A stretch of 63,980 nucleotides of DNA, counting the filler, from an uncultured Myxococcia bacterium (GTDB taxonomy: Bacteria; CAZTWC01): assembly GCA_964617105.1 (NCBI GenBank). It is 10 parts of 10 records of this genome, joined end to end, with 100 filler letters (N's around TTAATTAATTAA, not from the genome) between each part and the next. Parts side by side here need not be neighbours in the genome. Positions count along the whole stretch, not along the records: positions 59,292 to 63,980 come from CAZTWC010000286.1; 9 more parts are not named here. One strand, 5' to 3'. Positions 59,292 through 63,980 of the stretch are shown one piece after another (positions within the stretch are counted from its first letter, which is position 1; every line of letters begins with the position of its first letter). Both the position numbers and the translations under genes were made by a program. Under the pieces are notes generated by a model. That model saw only the letters and a list, made by a program, of their open reading frames with translations. It was not told the origin of the DNA and ran no database searches.

Positions 59292-60048
59292 GGAACTTCA
59301 CGATGCCATAATGAAAAAATTGGTTAGTCAAATGGATTCCGAAAAAGCGACGGTACCGCAATTAACCAAAACGTTACAAAGAGGTTCCAGCAAGATTCCC
59401 ATGGTGGTGAAATCGGTGGAAAATATTGTTTCTGATCTAAAAGACAATTTTGTCCGGGTAACCCAAGTGTTAATTGATATGGAAGACGATATCCAGGAGT
59501 TGGTGCACTATGGAGATGTGGTGGAAAAGATTGGTTCCATGCTCTCTGATTTGATGGAGTTAACCATAGATGAAGCTGACCCGGTCTCCCAGGAACTGAG
59601 CCGTAAAATCGAAGATGAGATGAAGACTAAACTGGGATATTCCACCACAGTGGACAGTTTACTGAAGCAATTCAACCGTAAAGTTACCAGCCATAACAAT
59701 AATTTTCAAAAGGTGTTAAAAAAAATAAAACTTATTGATGAAACCAGTTATGAGCGCAGTTTTCTAGATATTTTGCTTCAGGATATAAATAAAATTTTTG
59801 GCGACTTGCTGAATTATTATGGAGAAGAGGTAGATCGGACCAGAGTGCACTTGAGCGAATCCCAAAACGTTCCTACTTTTAAGTTTAAAGATTCCAACGC
59901 CTGGCAGGAAGAGATAAGTGACCTGTTCGATTCAAATGAGATGCAGGATGCCCAAAAAGGGAAGCAACCATCGTTAGACTCGAAGATAGAGAAAGTTAGC
60001 GATGAGGATAAAATTAGTTTGATAGGTAAGATAGATAAACGATTATAG
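59292..60048 (+). CDS. Helical coiled-coil protein, probably 5' truncated
   Basis: Long helical ORF from contig start; no decisive motif. Confidence 0.55.
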
Positions 60049-61638
60049 AGTGGTGCCTAGTGGTATAGTGAAGGAAAAGGTGGTGCCAACTCCTTTTTCA
60101 CTTTCCACCCATATTTCGCCTCCATGTCCATCTTCGATAATCTGCTTGGAAATAGCCATACCCAAACCCGTCCCAATTTCGCCGGACACGCTTTTCTCTA
60201 TCCGTTCGAATTTGGAAAATACTTTATCCATATCTTCAGGGGATATACCAATTCCCGTATCACTGATATCTATCTGGCACCAGCGTTGATTCTCTTTGGA
60301 AGTGACATTGACTGCAATGGTAGCCATTCCCCCGGAAGGGGTGAATTTAATGGCGTTACTCATTATATTCAATACCACCTGGGTGATTTTATCCGGATCC
60401 ATAAGGATTTTTGGTATGGAGTCAGCAGATTTTTCTACCAGGTTAATTTGTTTTTCTATGGCCAGGCTTTTAACACTAAGAATCGCTTCGGCTATCAACT
60501 CTTGGATATCCACTTCACTGAAAATAAAGGCCATTTTTCCTGATTCCAAACGGGTCAAAGTCAGGGTGTCGGTGACCATCCTGGATAGCCTGGAGCCACT
60601 GTTATAAATGGTCTTCAGATATTTAATGATAGTTTCCGGAGGTAGAAGGTCATAAGACTCTACCAGGGCTTCTGCGTAAGATACTATGGATGCCAGCGGG
60701 GTTCTTAATTCATGAGCCACTAGTGATAGAAAGGCATCTTTGGTGGAGTCCCGCTGTCGTAATTTGGACACCTCCCTGGTGATGCTCACATCTCTGAAAG
60801 TGAAAATATAACCCCGTCTATTTTTGTTAACATCGATGAGAGGAAAGATGCTTACTCCCAGGGTCATGGTCAATTCATTTGGTAATTTCAGTTCAAAATC
60901 GTTTTCGCCTTCATACTGGTTGGAGTTAGAATTATGGATTTTTTTTATTAGTAATACCGAAATATCAATAGGTAAAACATGTTCCAACCGCTGATTAATT
61001 AAATTTTTCTTTTCCTGTTGAAAATAGAGTTCAAACATACGGTTAAAGTTTATCACTTGACGATTGTTGTCTATGATCAGGATAGCGATAGGGATGCTGT
61101 TTTGCAGGCACTGAAGAAATACTTTGTTTGCTACCAACTTGTCCTGGAAGGAATAAATCTCCAGGTGATCATTAACCATAGAGGAAAAAAGGTGGAGTAG
61201 TTTTTTATCAAAATCACTGTAATTTCCCCATTTTTTTGTGGTGAATAGGACAAAGACACCAAGGATTCCGTCCCGGCTTTTATATGGAATACAGATAACT
61301 GCTAGTATTTCATCGTCATCCTCAGAACTAAATTCACTGGCCAATATTTCCTGTTTGCTGATGCTTTTTTGTAAAAAAGTTTTATCATCAGATATTTCAT
61401 CCGGGCACATGTAACTGATTAATTCGAATTGCACTCCATCATATTTATAGGTGCGGTAATAGAGGAAGTCAAAAATTAGACCTAAAAGCAGTTCGCATTC
61501 TTGCAGGAATTCCGGCAGAGACAACTCTTTTTTCCAGCCGGCAATAGTTTGGGTTAGGTATTCGAGTTTGGCGGTTATTTCGGTGTATTCTACGGAATCA
61601 CCAGGATTTTTATTATTATCCATAATTATTGGTTTCAA
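60043..61638 (-). CDS. PAS-domain sensor histidine kinase
   Basis: AHELRTPL, NIMSNAIKF, DTGIGI, GTGLGM. Confidence 0.93.
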   Translation of the reverse strand: MKPIIMDNNKNPGDSVEYTEITAKLEYLTQTIAGWKKELSLPEFLQECELLLGLIFDFLYYRTYKYDGVQFELISYMCPDEISDDKTFLQKSISKQEILASEFSSEDDDEILAVICIPYKSRDGILGVFVLFTTKKWGNYSDFDKKLLHLFSSMVNDHLEIYSFQDKLVANKVFLQCLQNSIPIAILIIDNNRQVINFNRMFELYFQQEKKNLINQRLEHVLPIDISVLLIKKIHNSNSNQYEGENDFELKLPNELTMTLGVSIFPLIDVNKNRRGYIFTFRDVSITREVSKLRQRDSTKDAFLSLVAHELRTPLASIVSYAEALVESYDLLPPETIIKYLKTIYNSGSRLSRMVTDTLTLTRLESGKMAFIFSEVDIQELIAEAILSVKSLAIEKQINLVEKSADSIPKILMDPDKITQVVLNIMSNAIKFTPSGGMATIAVNVTSKENQRWCQIDISDTGIGISPEDMDKVFSKFERIEKSVSGEIGTGLGMAISKQIIEDGHGGEIWVESEKGVGTTFSFTIPLGTTL

Positions 61639-62525
61639 GAATCCTGTTCTAAAAAAGTAAAAAAATCGGAAGCATTGTTTATACTTTCATAAGATTTGTT
61701 CACCAGTTGTTCCAAAGTTTTATTGTTTAGGTCCAGGTCGGACCAGGTCAAATCGTTGATATAGGGGATAGAATTATCTCCACCGTTTCCTACCATTAAC
61801 GCCCTGGTGACAATGTCTGATAGATGCAATATATGGGCTGGCATTTTATCCCCTTTGGCTTCAAAGGGTTGGTGGTGATAGCGGATAGGATTAACTATCT
61901 CCGGCGGAAGATTCCATTGTTCTAATAGCCAGCAGCCGATTTGTTCATGCCCAAATCCGAGGATCTCCATCTCCGACTCGTACAGCAGGCAATTCTGTTG
62001 CTTTTGGTGCGTTATAATTTCAGTAAAAAAAGTGGAGAGGTGTAAAAAAGATATTACTTTGCCAATATCATGGAGAACTCCGGCAATATAAAGAGTGTCG
62101 GCAGCGGGGTGGTTGTAAAATCGAGCGATGGACTGGGCGATTATTCCGGTGCCCAAAGAGTGGACCCAAAGAGGCTGGACATCAAAATTGATTTTATTAT
62201 GCTTTTTGTTTTTTCCTATGTTAAGAACAGAAATGGTCATAATCAGGTTGCGAAGTTGGGAAAAACCCAGAATGATTAATGCCTGTGATATACAGGTAAT
62301 TTTTTTTGGAAATCCATAAAAAGAAGAATTAGCCAATTTGAGGACCTTACCCATAATGGCTGGATCTTCTTGGATGAGCCCGCTCAAGCGGAGCAAATTT
62401 GTATCCGGGTTTTGAGTCATCTGTAAAATTTTTTGGGCTACCTGGGGCAGGGTGGGTAAATCGCTTATAGCGGTTAATTTCTTTTTTATAATGCTGGAGT
62501 TAGGTTTTTCCATAATCAAAGCCAA
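61635..62525 (-). CDS. HDOD domain protein
   Basis: LPTLP, DPAI..KVLKLANS, LHDIGK, WNLP, YHHQP. Confidence 0.92.
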   Translation of the reverse strand: MALIMEKPNSSIIKKKLTAISDLPTLPQVAQKILQMTQNPDTNLLRLSGLIQEDPAIMGKVLKLANSSFYGFPKKITCISQALIILGFSQLRNLIMTISVLNIGKNKKHNKINFDVQPLWVHSLGTGIIAQSIARFYNHPAADTLYIAGVLHDIGKVISFLHLSTFFTEIITHQKQQNCLLYESEMEILGFGHEQIGCWLLEQWNLPPEIVNPIRYHHQPFEAKGDKMPAHILHLSDIVTRALMVGNGGDNSIPYINDLTWSDLDLNNKTLEQLVNKSYESINNASDFFTFLEQDS

Positions 62526-62695
62526 AGGGATAAAATGAAGTAAATTTCCTCAGATTTTAAATAGAAAAAAAATATTGTTATTATTATATTTGATAACTAA
62601 GTAATTATCAAAGAAATTCTTGCATTTTATAGTGAATTTATTTAAACTTTTGATTGATTAGGTTTGTTTTATCTCTTCTTTCATAAGTTTCTAAC

Positions 62696-63139
62696 ATGAG
62701 TATAAAAAATAATCGGGGTTTTACCCTTACTGAGGTGATGGTCGCCTTTTTTGTTTTTTCGGTGGGATTGTTATCCATATTTGGTATGCAAATCACTTCC
62801 GTTAGGCAGAATGCTTCTGCAGGCCGTATCTCCGAAGCGGTGAGATTTGCATCATCAGTGATGGAGGAGATACCGGATCGGTGCGCTTCCTGTTTTAAAG
62901 ACCGAAAAAGTAGTTGTTCTACTGATGATTGTCTTCCATCCGGGCAATCTGGAGTTGAGCACGGTTACATGGGCGAACAGGATCCTGCGGATGGGGAGAA
63001 TAAGTTTATCACCACCTTTACCTCCACTTTAAGAGAAAATGATGTTTACGAAATTGTAGTTACTACCCGTTGGGGAAAAAGCGGTAATCAAAAAGATATT
63101 CAATACGTTAAATATTTTAATGCTTTTATCCATTATTGA
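62696..63139 (+). CDS. pilV: Type IV minor pilin, PilV-like
   Basis: Prepilin site RG/FTLTEVMVA. Confidence 0.8.
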   Translation: MSIKNNRGFTLTEVMVAFFVFSVGLLSIFGMQITSVRQNASAGRISEAVRFASSVMEEIPDRCASCFKDRKSSCSTDDCLPSGQSGVEHGYMGEQDPADGENKFITTFTSTLRENDVYEIVVTTRWGKSGNQKDIQYVKYFNAFIHY

Positions 63140-63178
63140 GGGGATTTGATATTCCAGTGCCCCTTCGAGACAAATTTT

Positions 63179-63980
63179 ATGAATAAACGAGGATTTACTC
63201 TCACCGAATTGCTTATTACCGCTATGGTTATGGGATTGGCGGTAACCTCTATCTTTACTTTCTTTTACAACATGAATTATACTTTTCAGAGTCAGGAACA
63301 TGCTGCTGATCTTCAACAGCAGGCTCGTTATGCCATCCAGAGAATGGAGTGGTTAATAAAACAGGCAGGTTCCGGAGATGCTAAAGGCATGACCGTGGTA
63401 TCTGGGATCAACGGGGTTCCCAATGACAGCTTAAGTTTTAAGATCACCAGGGGGCCTAAAACTATGATTTTGGATAATAAGTTTTGGCCTTCCAATAATA
63501 AAATAAAGGTGCTCAACGCCAAAGGATTCAAACCTAAGCAACAAGTGTCCATGATCGATTTGATGTCTGACATGTACCGTTAGATAGACATTCTTACTGT
63601 AGAAGCAGTTAATGAACAGGATAATATTATCACCTTCTTGTCACCAGGAAAAAATCTCTGGCTATCCTCCTCCTTTGGTTTATTTGCCGATGTAACAACT
63701 GCCACTATTTCAACGTTTGGCACCAATGTTCAAATTTCTTACAGCGATCAGGATGATCCGGAGATTTTACTTGATAATGTTGAGAATCTACAGTTTGTTT
63801 TTCACCTGGATGATAGTGACCCAGGCGATGGGGAAGTGGATATTTGTTACAATGTTATTTTTGACTCATCAGTTTCATCCCGCTGTAGTGAAAAGACCAT
63901 ACACACCGTGGCCTCTTTTGACCAAAATTCCGCTGTGTCCAATCCCCTAAAGGCGCCGGTTATAAATGCGGTAGAGATCC
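63179..63980 (+). CDS. pilW: Type IV minor pilin, PilW-like, with in-frame TAG at 63581-63583; runs off window
   Basis: RG/FTLTELL, LQQQAR..IKQAG; same frame open 132 more codons including LLDNVENLQFVF. Confidence 0.75.

Noticed and set aside
62605-62635. Possible further copy of the palindromic repeat
   Set aside because: Only AAGAAATTCTTGCATTTTA resembles it; no 3' arm, in AT-rich DNA.
9763-63583. Genome-wide stop-codon reassignment
   Set aside because: TGA and TAG both end clearly complete genes here, e.g. TGA at 36815 and TAG at 8689.
1-63980. rRNA, tRNA (including selC) or CRISPR arrays
   Set aside because: None recognised by eye; a covariance-model scan is needed to exclude small RNAs.

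Overview
This window is not one locus. It joins ten short contigs (the eight complete ones are 6.4-6.6 kb, in non-increasing length order) with artificial 100-nt N...TTAATTAATTAA...N spacers, as in a MAG pseudo-scaffold, so adjacency across spacers means nothing. Gene content suggests an AT-rich, anaerobic, selenocysteine-using deltaproteobacterium-like organism with Myxococcota-style genes (inference). Contigs: (1) CDP-dideoxysugar/sulfotransferase glycan cluster; (2) NarI/DsrM- and DsrK/HdrD-like redox pair, Cys-rich HTH regulator and a YeeE/YedE transporter with in-frame UGA plus SECIS-like hairpin; (3) a diversity-generating retroelement (template repeat plus an RT with a MutS-domain-I-like tail) facing a phage-like lysis cassette that contains a lipase; (4) FHA-GGDEF, TPR, XPB-like helicase; (5) PorB, CpaF, tgt; (6) prfB end, VWA/Cys-rich surface protein, folC; (7) decayed island with a BREX operon missing brxC; (8) pseudokinase-FGE, selB, recO, mgtE; (9) tol-pal; (10) histidine kinase, HDOD, pilV and a pilW with an in-frame amber codon. 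A ~44-bp palindromic repeat starting at TTAA occurs seven times. All family calls come from motif recognition by eye; no searches were run.
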